Of a DNA stretch of 64,000 nt, positions 39,198-49,300 are shown piece after piece. The position numbers were made by a program, and so were the translations under genes. The notes under the pieces were generated by a model. The model had not been told where the DNA came from. It did no database searches and saw nothing but the letters and a program-made list of their open reading frames with translations. This DNA comes from Candidatus Bathyarchaeia archaeon (GTDB taxonomy: Archaea; Thermoproteota; Bathyarchaeia; Bathyarchaeales; Bathycorpusculaceae). The stretch's first letter is position 1. Each line of letters starts with the position of its first letter. The stretch is from NCBI GenBank assembly GCA_049521795.1, contig JBEKOM010000001.1, positions 256,001 through 320,000 on the forward strand, read 5' to 3'.

Positions 39198-40376
39198 TCA
39201 CTCCTTTAAGTCGACCCATTCGGTCATTCTTTCAACTTTGCCAGCGTGCATCCATTTCAGAGATTTCCGAGCCATTGTTTCAATGGTCTCGGCGGTTACG
39301 TCTCTGCCTCCTAAACCCGCGATGAAGCCGGCCACCATGGGCCTATCTTTGTCGTTAAACAGGGCTGCTTTGGTTTCCGATGCGAGAAAACCCTCCATTC
39401 CAAAGGATATGTGGCGGTCAATCGTTGAGATCATCTGGGCGCTTCCGGCCAGCTTAGCGATTTCTTCGACTGGGTATGGACGGTAGACGCGGACTCTTGC
39501 CGACCCAACTTTCTGTCCTTCCTGGCGCAGTTTGTCAACAGCCAGTTTGGCGTCGCTTGCCATTGTTCCCATCGTCAGCATTATCAGGTCCGCATCCTCA
39601 CACTTGTACTTCTCAATGAGACCGCCGTATTCCCTTCCAAAACGCTTAGCATACTCTCTGTCAATCTGCGGGATCAATCGCCTAGCATTCTCCATGGCTT
39701 CTTGAATCATGTACCGAAACTCCATGTACCATTCGGGCGAAACCAGACTGGCGTGAGAGTATGGGCGATTGACATCCAAGGTCCAGCCAGACTTATACGC
39801 TGGTAGGAAATCATCGATCTTGTCTTGGTCTGGAATACTGGCAGGTGCGTAAGTGTGGGAGAGAATGAAACCTTCGAGACAGACCATTGCTGGCAGAAAG
39901 ACTTTTTCATCCTCGCACAGTTTGTAGGCTTGAATTATAGTGTCAAAAACTTCCTGATTGTCAGCGCAGTAGAATTGAATCCAGCCCGTGTCTCGCTGGG
40001 AAAGAGAATCGCTGAGGTCGGGCCATATGCTCCATGGAGCGCCCATGGCGCGATTTACAACGGCCATCACAACTGGCAAGCGTGAGCCTGAAGCCCAGTG
40101 TAAAGCTTCATGCATAAGGGCCAGACCATGAGCGGACGTTGCCGTGAAAGTTCTAACCCCAGTCGCAGCAGCAGACATGCAGGCCACCATAGCGCTGTGC
40201 TCAGATTCCACGCGAATGTACTCCGCGTCCATCTGTCCTGTTTCCACAAAGTCAGCTATCTTCTCAACAATGGTTGTCTGAGGGGTGATAGGGTAGGCTG
40301 CAACAACCTTAACCCTGGCGGCTTTCGCAGCGTAACCTGCCATGTGGTTTGCCGTATCAATTATCATCTGCGTCAT
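39198..40376 (-). CDS. porA: 2-oxoacid (pyruvate):ferredoxin oxidoreductase alpha subunit
   Basis: AYPITPQT, ESEHSA, VNRA, GLGGRD; TAATG overlap with porD. Confidence 0.92.
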   Translation of the reverse strand: MTQMIIDTANHMAGYAAKAARVKVVAAYPITPQTTIVEKIADFVETGQMDAEYIRVESEHSAMVACMSAAATGVRTFTATSAHGLALMHEALHWASGSRLPVVMAVVNRAMGAPWSIWPDLSDSLSQRDTGWIQFYCADNQEVFDTIIQAYKLCEDEKVFLPAMVCLEGFILSHTYAPASIPDQDKIDDFLPAYKSGWTLDVNRPYSHASLVSPEWYMEFRYMIQEAMENARRLIPQIDREYAKRFGREYGGLIEKYKCEDADLIMLTMGTMASDAKLAVDKLRQEGQKVGSARVRVYRPYPVEEIAKLAGSAQMISTIDRHISFGMEGFLASETKAALFNDKDRPMVAGFIAGLGGRDVTAETIETMARKSLKWMHAGKVERMTEWVDLKE

Positions 40377-40660
40377 TACTCTTCCTCCCGCTTCATCGTT
40401 ATTGCCTTGGTCGGACACTCGTTTGCGCAAATTCCGCAGCCCTTGCAGTAGTCATAGTCTATTTCTGGAGAATCGTCCTCTCGCCGAGTGATAGCTGCGT
40501 CCGGACAGTAGATCCAGCAAAGCGTGCAACGCGTACACTTACTGTAGTCAACCCGCGGACAGAACGTTCTCCATGACCCTGTTTTTCCCATGCTCCCGAC
40601 CGTTGGGGAGGACAGAGGTGTGAGAGGCCATTCTTTACGACTCTTTGTAGTCGCATTCAT
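40376..40660 (-). CDS. porD: 2-oxoacid:ferredoxin oxidoreductase delta subunit (2x[4Fe-4S])
   Basis: TGSWRT, CTRCTLCWIYCP, YCKGCGICANECP. Confidence 0.93.
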   Translation of the reverse strand: MNATTKSRKEWPLTPLSSPTVGSMGKTGSWRTFCPRVDYSKCTRCTLCWIYCPDAAITRREDDSPEIDYDYCKGCGICANECPTKAITMKREEE

Positions 40661-41229
40661 TATTCTTCACTTTCCCACCATTTTGTCGCGCGCTCATAGG
40701 CCAGTTCTGTCGCTTTCGAATTCTTCTCACCAGCAGCACCTGCCCAAGTTTGGTTGACGGCTTTGAACACGCTTTCCAGTTTTACCTCGTCTGTTGCTTT
40801 GGCAAACGCGCCTAAGATTGACGTGTTTACAACGGGCAAACCTGCAACAAGCAGGTTGAGTTCAAGAGCTATTCCTGTCGCATCAACCGTGGCGACTCGC
40901 CAGCCTCTCAAGCCGAGTTCTTCAGGCTTTCTCTTCGTATTAATGACGACAATCCCGTTCTTTTTCAGTCCTTCAGTTACATCCACAACCTTGTAGATGT
41001 AAGGGTCAAGCACTATGACGTAGTCAGGATTGTAAACTTGACTGTGCACAAGTATCGGATCACTGCTCACCCTGGCGAACGCTTTAACCGGAGCACCTCG
41101 GCGTTCCGCTCCAAAATATGGAAAGGCTTGGACCCATTTACCCTCGATAAAAGCAGCGTGTGCCAGAACTTCTGCCGCGGTGACGCTTCCTTGGCCACCG
41201 CGACCATGGATCCTGATTTCCTTTAGCAT
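40660..41229 (-). CDS. porC: 2-oxoacid:ferredoxin oxidoreductase gamma subunit
   Basis: HGRGGQG, FGAERRGAPV. Confidence 0.92.
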   Translation of the reverse strand: MLKEIRIHGRGGQGSVTAAEVLAHAAFIEGKWVQAFPYFGAERRGAPVKAFARVSSDPILVHSQVYNPDYVIVLDPYIYKVVDVTEGLKKNGIVVINTKRKPEELGLRGWRVATVDATGIALELNLLVAGLPVVNTSILGAFAKATDEVKLESVFKAVNQTWAGAAGEKNSKATELAYERATKWWESEE

Positions 41230-41287
41230 CGGTTCTGCCTTCTACCGAGAAGTTAACCATGGAAAATTCGACCTTATTAGTGTTAGC

Positions 41288-43114
41288 TCAAACAAACCAC
41301 AAAAGCAACATTAATAGCAAGCCAGCTGTTACAAAGATTGGGGCAATGATTTTCTTTGCTGTTTGAACAGTTTTGTCTATCAATGAACATAAAGTCTCAA
41401 GTTGCTTCGCTCCGAGAACCGTGATGTCGGTAACTTCTATGTCGCTACAGGAGGCCTTTACAGGCTCCAAATGAGACGTTGCAGTGCGGGCTGCCTCTTT
41501 GACATAGCCTATTAGCTTCTCCCTGTCCATTACCTCTCCGACGGGGTGGTAACCATGTCCTCCCAATATCAGCGCGCTGACTGAATGAGTGTCCGTTGTG
41601 AAGACTTCGCCCTCATCAATCCCCATTGACTTCAGAGCTAAAAGAATTTCTTCGCGCAACCCAGAAACCATATTGTTGCCGTCGATAACAACATAGGCTG
41701 CTTTCTGCCCTCCACACTTAACAACGACGGCAGTGATACCGCCAGGTCCCATGCCATCTTCGAGAGTGAATTCCTTAGGTGTAACGGTCGCGGCTCCAAC
41801 TTCAAACGGCAACTGTTCGAGCGAAACCACTTTCTCTAGACACTTTGTTGCAGCATCCTTCAAAGACTCAAGAGAGTTCTGCATCTCTGCAGTTCCGTCA
41901 ATACTGTTGTGTGCGTTAACCACCGCACAGAAGCTTAGGCCTCTTCTCTCAGCTTCATCTCGGACGAACAAACCTATTTCCTTCGGCAGATCTTCAATCG
42001 TCTTAGGCGCCAAGGTGAAAGAGATTATGGCGGATTTGCCGAAAACTTGGCAGCATGCAGTAGCCAAACCATTTGTGACCTTTACGAAAGGAGACGCTCT
42101 CGCTTCAGAAACTTCTAGACTTCGTGCAGACGCAACGGCTTGTTCAATGACCTTCTCATTCTGCCTCTGAGAAGCCAAATCAAACTCGTGGCCAAGCAGA
42201 CCATGGGGAACGCAGGCAACGCAGCCTAACTGCTTTTCTAAAGAGGTCTTTAGTAATGAAGGCAAAAGACTACTTCCAATATTTTTAAAGGGTCCTGGGT
42301 GAACAGAAGGAACCACAATAACCGCCTTAGGCTTCGATGAGGCGAATTTCAGAAGGCAAACTTCAACATCTCTCTTTTCACCTAACTCCTCAAGGAGATG
42401 CTCAAAAGGCGCGTTCAGACCTAAGACCCAGTTGAGCATGAACGCCCTGAAAAATGACAGCGATTGCATTCCCAGCGCCCGTTTGCCCATGTTGTCTAAA
42501 AAGTGGAGAAAAGTGAAAGTCGAAACAAGAGCCACAACCACGGAAAAAAGAAGGAATGCGGGCACACGCGCTGTGATCGAATTTCCGATTCCAGTCCAGA
42601 ACGCCAAGAAAGAAACCATGCACAAAAACGGTTGGAGAAAAGAGGCACCAAGAAATCTTGCATAACTCATCGCTGACGTTGAAGAGAACACAACCAAACG
42701 CAACATTATGGCAGCCGAGAAGCCCATGAGACAAAACCTGATCCACCACTCTTCCAAACCAAGTAAAACAGTTAAACCAGCGCCCAAAAAGATGAAAAGG
42801 AGCCAAATCACCCAGCAAAAAAGAGAGAGGGCCATCGTGCGTCTCAAGTTGTAGATCGTGCCTCGCTTCAGGATCAGCGTACTTGCCGCATAGTCGGCGG
42901 CTAGACTTGCAGAGAAGACTGCGACGCCCAGTAGAAGGCCATAAGTCAGCCCTTTCAAAGATGGAAAGAGGGCCACTGTGGAGAGTAGGCCCCCGCCGAC
43001 ACAAGAAAGCGCCGACAGTAGGAAGACCTTTCGGTCAGATGGAAGCCTGAACAGTGATGAATAGCGCTTCACCGCCCTATCCATAGACTGCCTCAGTGAA
43101 TCTTCAGTTGGCAT
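41288..43114 (-). CDS. DUF2070 family membrane protein
   Basis: N-terminal multi-TM region; HPGPF, HG..GHEFDL, AHNS, DGNNM, TTDTH. Confidence 0.85.
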   Translation of the reverse strand: MPTEDSLRQSMDRAVKRYSSLFRLPSDRKVFLLSALSCVGGGLLSTVALFPSLKGLTYGLLLGVAVFSASLAADYAASTLILKRGTIYNLRRTMALSLFCWVIWLLFIFLGAGLTVLLGLEEWWIRFCLMGFSAAIMLRLVVFSSTSAMSYARFLGASFLQPFLCMVSFLAFWTGIGNSITARVPAFLLFSVVVALVSTFTFLHFLDNMGKRALGMQSLSFFRAFMLNWVLGLNAPFEHLLEELGEKRDVEVCLLKFASSKPKAVIVVPSVHPGPFKNIGSSLLPSLLKTSLEKQLGCVACVPHGLLGHEFDLASQRQNEKVIEQAVASARSLEVSEARASPFVKVTNGLATACCQVFGKSAIISFTLAPKTIEDLPKEIGLFVRDEAERRGLSFCAVVNAHNSIDGTAEMQNSLESLKDAATKCLEKVVSLEQLPFEVGAATVTPKEFTLEDGMGPGGITAVVVKCGGQKAAYVVIDGNNMVSGLREEILLALKSMGIDEGEVFTTDTHSVSALILGGHGYHPVGEVMDREKLIGYVKEAARTATSHLEPVKASCSDIEVTDITVLGAKQLETLCSLIDKTVQTAKKIIAPIFVTAGLLLMLLLWFV

Positions 43115-43373
43115 CAGATTCCTCGAGAGTGACTTTGCTAAGGAGAAGTGCCCACATATTAAATTGTCGTGATCCTAAGCACGGAAGACCCCAATCAATT
43201 GAAGCATTATTTAGATAATTTCTATATGAGTGAAGCTCAAGCTCTAACATGAAACCGCCTATGTTGACCCCACAGGTTTCATCTGAAGAAACATGGCACC
43301 ATCAGCACAGTATATATCCAAGAACGGCAACTATTTTATCCGTAAAGTAGAATTACAAGGTTTTGCGAATCCT

Positions 43374-43661
43374 ATGCCAGAAGAGAACATCCCACCCACG
43401 ATATTTCATATGCTTGAGAAAAACGTGGGAAACAAAATACGCGTGATCTTGGATCCTGCCTACGGTTTTGAAGGAACTCTTGCGGCTGTAACTCGAGAAC
43501 CGGCGGGCATATGGCTATCGGAGAGTGAAGCCATCATTCTGCGCGCAACGATCGCACAGCCAATACCGCAGGTTGCAAGCCGAGAGGAAAGAAGCGAGAT
43601 ATTTGTGCACTTGAACTCCGTGCAGCGAATAGAAGTTTTACATGCTTCCTCTCGTCGTTAG
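43374..43661 (+). CDS. Divergent Sm/LSm-fold protein (putative)
   Basis: Helix MLEKNVGNKIRVIL, FEGTL, WLSESE, then IFVHLNSVQRIE (Sm1/Sm2-like pattern). Confidence 0.5.
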   Translation: MPEENIPPTIFHMLEKNVGNKIRVILDPAYGFEGTLAAVTREPAGIWLSESEAIILRATIAQPIPQVASREERSEIFVHLNSVQRIEVLHASSRR

Positions 43662-43670
43662 AGTTGCAGT

Positions 43671-43841
43671 CTAGGTGAAGAATATGTGCGCCAGGGAGCA
43701 CACGACTATCAGCGCCACTGACATGGCCACAAGCACTTCGGGCCGAACCTTAACGCCCTCAGTTTCCTCTTCAAAGAATCTCAGCAGCCCCGCGCTTGCA
43801 GCAGGCATTGGCGACCTGCTATCTTTCTTTTTCTTACTCAA
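43671..43841 (-). CDS. secG: Preprotein translocase subunit Sec61beta (SecG)
   Basis: 56 aa translated by hand (below the ORF-track cutoff): MSKKKKDSRSPMPAASAGLLRFFEEETEGVKVRPEVLVAMSVALIVVCSLAHIFFT. Confidence 0.9.
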   Translation of the reverse strand: MSKKKKDSRSPMPAASAGLLRFFEEETEGVKVRPEVLVAMSVALIVVCSLAHIFFT

Positions 43842-43961
43842 TCTGAAACCCTCAGCAGGATGCTAAGTAATCTACCATTCTCTACATTAATTAACGTTAC
43901 GCCGGTTCAAAGAGTTTTTATTTTTGAACAAGTGATATGGTGATGCAAAAAGGCGATTTCA

Positions 43962-45278
43962 ATGTCCACCCCAAGAGACGAATATGACCATGTTTTTGAC
44001 CTCCTTCAAAAGCATCACAAATGGTTTCAGGAAAGCATTCCCCTCATAGCAAGCGAAAACGTGCCAAGTCCAGCCGTCCGTGAGGCAATAATAACAGACT
44101 TCGGCAACAGGTATGCAGAAGGCTGGCCCGGAGAAAGAGTCTATGCCGGGTGCCGCTTCATCGACGAAGTGGAGTTCAAATGCATTGAGCTCATGAAACG
44201 ACTTTTCAAAGCAGAATTTGTGGACGTTAGACCCATTTCAGGCGTTGTGGCAAACCTAGCAGTGTACACAGCTTTCACTGAGCCTGGAGACACTCTGATG
44301 GCACTGTCGATCCCCAGTGGAGGTCACATCACGTCGGGCAAGAAGGAACTCGGAGGCACGGCGGGGGCAGTAAAGGGGTTGAACGTTGATTATCTGCCCT
44401 TGGACTACAAAGAATTGAATATAGATGTGGACAAAGCGAAAACTAAGATTAAGGAACTTGCTGCGAAGGGCAAGCCTCCGAAGTTTGTCATGTTTGGCGC
44501 GAGTGTGTTCCCGTTTCCCCATCCTGTCAAGGAGCTGGCGGAGATCATTCGTTCGGTCGGGGCAACCGTGGGGTATGATGCAGCGCACGTAGCAGGATTG
44601 ATTGCCGGAGGCCAATTCCAAGACCCGCTTAAGGAGGGGGCAGACGTTGTCAGTCTGAGCACGCACAAAACGTTTTTTGGACCGCAACATGGTGGAATTC
44701 TCTCTTGGGATAAGTACGCCGAAAGAATAAAGAAGGCCACTTTTCCGGGAATGGTGAGTAATCATCACCTGCACGAAGTTGCTGGACTTACGGTAGCATG
44801 TGCAGAGATGCTTCAATTTGGAGAAGAATACGCAAACCAGATAGTGAAGAATGCCAAAGCCCTCGCCCAAGCGCTTCACGAGAGGGGCCTCAACGTCTTA
44901 GCTGAGCACAAGGGATTCACGCAGTCACACGTCATTCTGATCGACATAACCGAGCACGGTGATGGCGGTACGATCGAGCAGACGTTGGAAAGAGCAAATA
45001 TAATCATAAACAGAAACCTACTCCCATGGGACATTAAGGAGGGAAGGCATTTCATGCATCCCGGCGGCATAAGAATGGGAACTTCTGAAGTCACTAGACT
45101 CGGATTGAAAGAACCTGAAATGGCGGAGATAGCAGAATTCGTCAAACGCGTCATAATAGACAAGGAGCCACCGGAAAAGGTGCAAGCGGACGTCGCAGAG
45201 TTCAGAAGAGACTATCAGATGGTACATTTCTGCTTCGAAAGCATGACAGAAGCCTACAAGTACATAAGAATCCGCTGA
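43962..45278 (+). CDS. glyA: Serine hydroxymethyltransferase
   Basis: LIASEN, YAEG, YDAAHVAGLIAGG, STHKTFFGPQHG. Confidence 0.95.
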   Translation: MSTPRDEYDHVFDLLQKHHKWFQESIPLIASENVPSPAVREAIITDFGNRYAEGWPGERVYAGCRFIDEVEFKCIELMKRLFKAEFVDVRPISGVVANLAVYTAFTEPGDTLMALSIPSGGHITSGKKELGGTAGAVKGLNVDYLPLDYKELNIDVDKAKTKIKELAAKGKPPKFVMFGASVFPFPHPVKELAEIIRSVGATVGYDAAHVAGLIAGGQFQDPLKEGADVVSLSTHKTFFGPQHGGILSWDKYAERIKKATFPGMVSNHHLHEVAGLTVACAEMLQFGEEYANQIVKNAKALAQALHERGLNVLAEHKGFTQSHVILIDITEHGDGGTIEQTLERANIIINRNLLPWDIKEGRHFMHPGGIRMGTSEVTRLGLKEPEMAEIAEFVKRVIIDKEPPEKVQADVAEFRRDYQMVHFCFESMTEAYKYIRIR

Positions 45279-45624
45279 CCTCCTTAGCTTTAGCTAAAAG
45301 TAGCGCGTCAGCATATTCCTGGATTGTTTAGAGAAGCAGATCGTGCTACTCATTCTGCTCCCCAACCATATTTGGGTCATATAGGATACCCCGGGGGGAG
45401 GGCGTGAGCACGAAAGCACCCAGCCCGAACCGTAACAGTATAACCATCCCCACCGGAAAACGCCAAGCCTCCGTCTTGAACAGAATTTAAAGAGCAAGCA
45501 TGTGCATTACGGGCATCGGAACCAGCGCGTTGCCTTGTCCCTTTATTATGCCTGCGCCCTTGAATAGCCCACACGGCTCGCATCCAGCCTAACACTCTCA
45601 GCGTTTTCAACAATGCTTGCCAAC

Positions 45625-45659
45625 TGTATATGCAAAGTGTATATGCAAAATGTATATGC
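45625..45659. repeat. Three direct repeats of TGTATATGC at 13-bp period
   Basis: Exact 9-mer at 45625, 45638 and 45651, separated by AAAG/AAAA. Confidence 0.85.
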
Positions 45660-45763
45660 TTTCAGTTACGCGTTTTTTGCGAATTTAGGACAAGCCAACG
45701 CGCTACAAAACTTATCTTGTACACTGCGAACTCTTGCCTTAAGCAGAAGGGGTGAAACGCAAG

Positions 45764-46051
45764 GTGCATATCCGCGAGTTTCAAGAGATGATGCGACGCC
45801 TGTATTTTCACAGAGACTGTAAACGAGGCACGGCCGGAACATACGAGTGGCTCACCGATGAGGTTAAAGAGTTGGGCGAAGCATTAAACGCGAATGACAA
45901 GAAAGGATTGGAAGGCGAGTTTGCGGACGTTCTTGCGTGGTTAGCCTCTCTCGCTAACATCACAGGCATAGACCTTGAGAAAGCAGCTCTCAGGAAATAT
46001 GATGACAAGTGTCCAAAATGTGGACATTCGCCCTGCGAGTGCACTTTTTAG
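45764..46051 (+). CDS. MazG-like nucleotide pyrophosphohydrolase
   Basis: WLTDEVKELGEAL, EFADVLAWLASLAN, C-terminal CPKCGHSPCEC; GGGGTGA RBS. Confidence 0.88.
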   Translation: MHIREFQEMMRRLYFHRDCKRGTAGTYEWLTDEVKELGEALNANDKKGLEGEFADVLAWLASLANITGIDLEKAALRKYDDKCPKCGHSPCECTF

Positions 46052-46320
46052 CCTGCGGTTTCCAGCCGCTTCTGCCCCAATCCGGTCAAACCCCAAACGT
46101 AGGGCCTGCCGCTCTTGCGTTCCACGATGCCTTCTGCCGCCAACAGCTTCAAATGGTGCATAGCCACTCCGTAGCGCAACCCAGATTCCTTCGCAACCTT
46201 GTTGGCATCGCCTGACAGTCTCTCCAAGACATTCAGTATTCTTGTTCTGGCCCTCAGCCCCAGCTTCATGTTCCTTATGCTGGCTAGGTAGGCGTTAGGA
46301 TGATAGGTCTCCTTGAGCAT
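46048..46320 (-). CDS. Small ArsR-like winged-helix protein
   Basis: RTRILNVL, YGVAMHHLKLLAAEGIV, PYVW. Confidence 0.75.
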   Translation of the reverse strand: MLKETYHPNAYLASIRNMKLGLRARTRILNVLERLSGDANKVAKESGLRYGVAMHHLKLLAAEGIVERKSGRPYVWGLTGLGQKRLETAG

Positions 46321-46364
46321 ACTCCTTCAGAGTATCCTTCTTTCTCTGAACAGAAAAGGCTTTT

Positions 46365-49300
46365 TCAAGCGAAGTCTGTCAGACTGATCTGCTTGGGCTT
46401 CCTACTATCAAACAGCGAACTGATCTCCTCTTTCACAAGCGAAATCCTCTGTGAATAGTACTTAGGCAAGTCATACTTGTCAATCAGATGCTGCGCTACT
46501 TCCAAGTACTTTTCAATGCCGCCCCGATAGACGGTCAACGTTAATTCCCCACCGCACGTTGGGCATTTGCCCCGAAGGGGCAGACGCCGGAAGCGCTTGC
46601 TACATGACTTGCACCTGAAACTCTGTGTTGAAAAAGCCCGCAGGTTCCCCGCGATGTCTCGCATGAAATGTTTCGTCAAGACCCTCAGGGCCACTTTGTC
46701 TGCATCTACAGCCACAATCTTCTCGGCCAATTCAAGTTGGCCCTCAAGCTTATCTGTCATCGTTTTGAGACTCTTATAAGAACTTTCACGGTTGCCCATG
46801 TTAACGTTAGACACGGGCGTCGTAAAGCTGAAGCCCTCAAACTGTGCCTCAGTACCAAGACGGTAACCCACAAGGTCTATCATTGAACTGACCTGTCTGG
46901 CTTCAACCTTTTCCCATGTCTTCTCAAAAAACTCAAGCGGATAGGAATCTGCAACGTCAAAGTCGTGGGCCTGCCTCTGCACCTCATTCGTGTTCACAAC
47001 TGGAATGAGCAGGAGCGGAGCATCCATTATCCCGCCGATCTGTGCAGGCAGGTACTCGCGTGAGAAGTTGAGCAACGTGTCGAGGGCAAGCATCAAAGTG
47101 TCTTCATCGCCGTCACAGTCTCTCCTCTTCGCCGAGTGCCAGATGGGGTGTGCATAGCAGAGGTTCAGGTTCGTAAAGCCTATAATACGTCCCAGGATTC
47201 CCACACAAGTGTGGGGAGCTAGGCCAACGATGAGATGCCCAACTAGGTCTTCGATTCGTCGGACATGATAGTATGGTGGAAGTCCATAAACCTTGGATAG
47301 AAGTTCGTCTAGAAAACTTGCGACACTCACGAAGTATTCTGCAGCTTTCACAGGAATAACGACGTCCTGAAGCTTGAGTTCACACACTTGACTTGCATCC
47401 GTCAATGGCGCGCCTTTTACGTCACAGGCGTAACCAAGCGCCCTAAGTATCTGAACTGAAACCTCAACTTCACAAGGCTTGAAGTGCGTCAAAGGGGCAT
47501 TGGTGGTGTCAAACCGTATCGTTCCATCCTTGTAAACTGAGAGGTCATGCTTTGACCGCAGAACGCCCTTTTCCAGTATTTCAGGCGTTTTGGTTTGATT
47601 TGTCAGCCCTTTCACTCCCTTCAAGATCCGTGGCATCGAAACGGACAAGTCACGGCATGCACTCTCAATCGTCTCTCTGAAATTGACGACCTGCTTCTGA
47701 TATCTTATCGCAGAGGTCTTGCAAGTAGGGCACGCATCTTGTTTCAGGCTTTTTCCGCATCGTGGGCAACTCTTCTCAGGAGCCGTCTCCGAACCGCATG
47801 CAGGGCATTTGACGCGAGAAGTGAAGGTCCCACATTCTGGGCACTTCCGTTTGATGATTTCCACAAAGGTCGGCCCATGCTTTGCTGCTTCAACGAGGTC
47901 TCTCTGCGAACCTCCTGCTAGACCGACTGGGAAAAGAACGTGCACAAGCGGCTTCATCTCGCGCCTTTTTGCCTTTTCAGGCCTGCCCATTCTTGCGCCT
48001 ACAAGCGTTGGGGCCTTATCCTTAACCTGCACGCCTGACAAAGAATTGACGGCTTCCAAGACGGTCTTTGCAGATGAAAAACCCAGGCCGCACGGAGCCC
48101 CGTAGCCTAAGCAAAAAGCGAAGGCACCCGCGTCTTCTCCCTCAATGAGCATCTTGCCGTCCAGGACCTTATGAGGAAGACATATCATTTCCAAGGCATG
48201 CTTAACCTCTGAATCCATTTCGCCAACAATCTTTCGAACGGCAGCACCTTCAGTTTGTACTTGAGACGCGAGAAGCCATGTTCTCACCTGTTCAAGTTGT
48301 TCGACTGAGGAAAGGCTTGACCAGAAGAACGTAAAAGCCGGGTGCAACGGAACACGCATTTCTGTTGACAGCGCAACAGCTTCAGAGAGGCTAGGCTTAC
48401 TCACAAAAAAGTCTGTCAAGAGACTCTTCAATCTTTCGGGTTGAATACCCACAGTTTCAGAGACCCTTTCAAGGTTGCCATCAAACTTTTCTGCAACCTT
48501 CTTTCGCAGATCTTCAGCCCACCACTCTTCGACGTAGCCCGAAGGCGTTAGAAACCTGCTGTTGTAGAGGAAGTCTCCAAAACTCACGAGGATGTCTCCG
48601 AGGAAGAGTATCTTCTCAATTCGGCCTCTTGCCTCGTTGAACTCGTCCACTGAGACTCGGATAACCGATCCGTCGTTCAGCCGCACTACTGGGCCCTCGA
48701 TGGTGTCGACGGGGACCACGATGCCGCCTTTTCCTGGGAGCTCCATTCGGAGTTGTGTTCCGCCTGCGAGGAAACCGTCTAAAACAAGCATTGTTGCCGG
48801 ATGGATGCCTACGGCTGCTAGGCCCGTGTTTCTTGCTCTGCCGTATCTCAGGCGGAAACCTCCCCGCCTTGAGGGAAAAGAGAACACGGGACGTCCGGCA
48901 ATGACGTCGTCCATGAAGCCTGAAGATTTCTTCTCGGATTTTCTGTGGATATCGCCGAGCCAGTCCCATCCCTGAAAACCGAGTTTTTCGATGATTGTGA
49001 GAACTTTTTGCGCTCGTCCGACGATGCCGTCGTTTACTACTCTGAGCGCTCCGCCCCTGACGCGGTTTGTTTCCACCCGCGGGAGGTTACGGAACGTGGA
49101 CACTTCAATCGGGTCAGACTCTGTGCCAGTCACCTCAACTGGCAACCACCCAAGGGCCTTTCTCAACTCTTCATCAGGAATGTGATACTGGAAGCGCATT
49201 CCTGAGGAGCGCTCGTAGATTCTGAGTTCTTCAATGAAGCGGGACATTTCTTCCTCCGTGGGCTTATAGCGGTCAAGTCCGAGGAGACGCCGTACGAAGT

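Noticed and set aside
45294-45613. 67-aa and 78-aa minus-strand ORFs after glyA
   Set aside because: No recognisable motif or RBS and atypical composition; treated as non-coding
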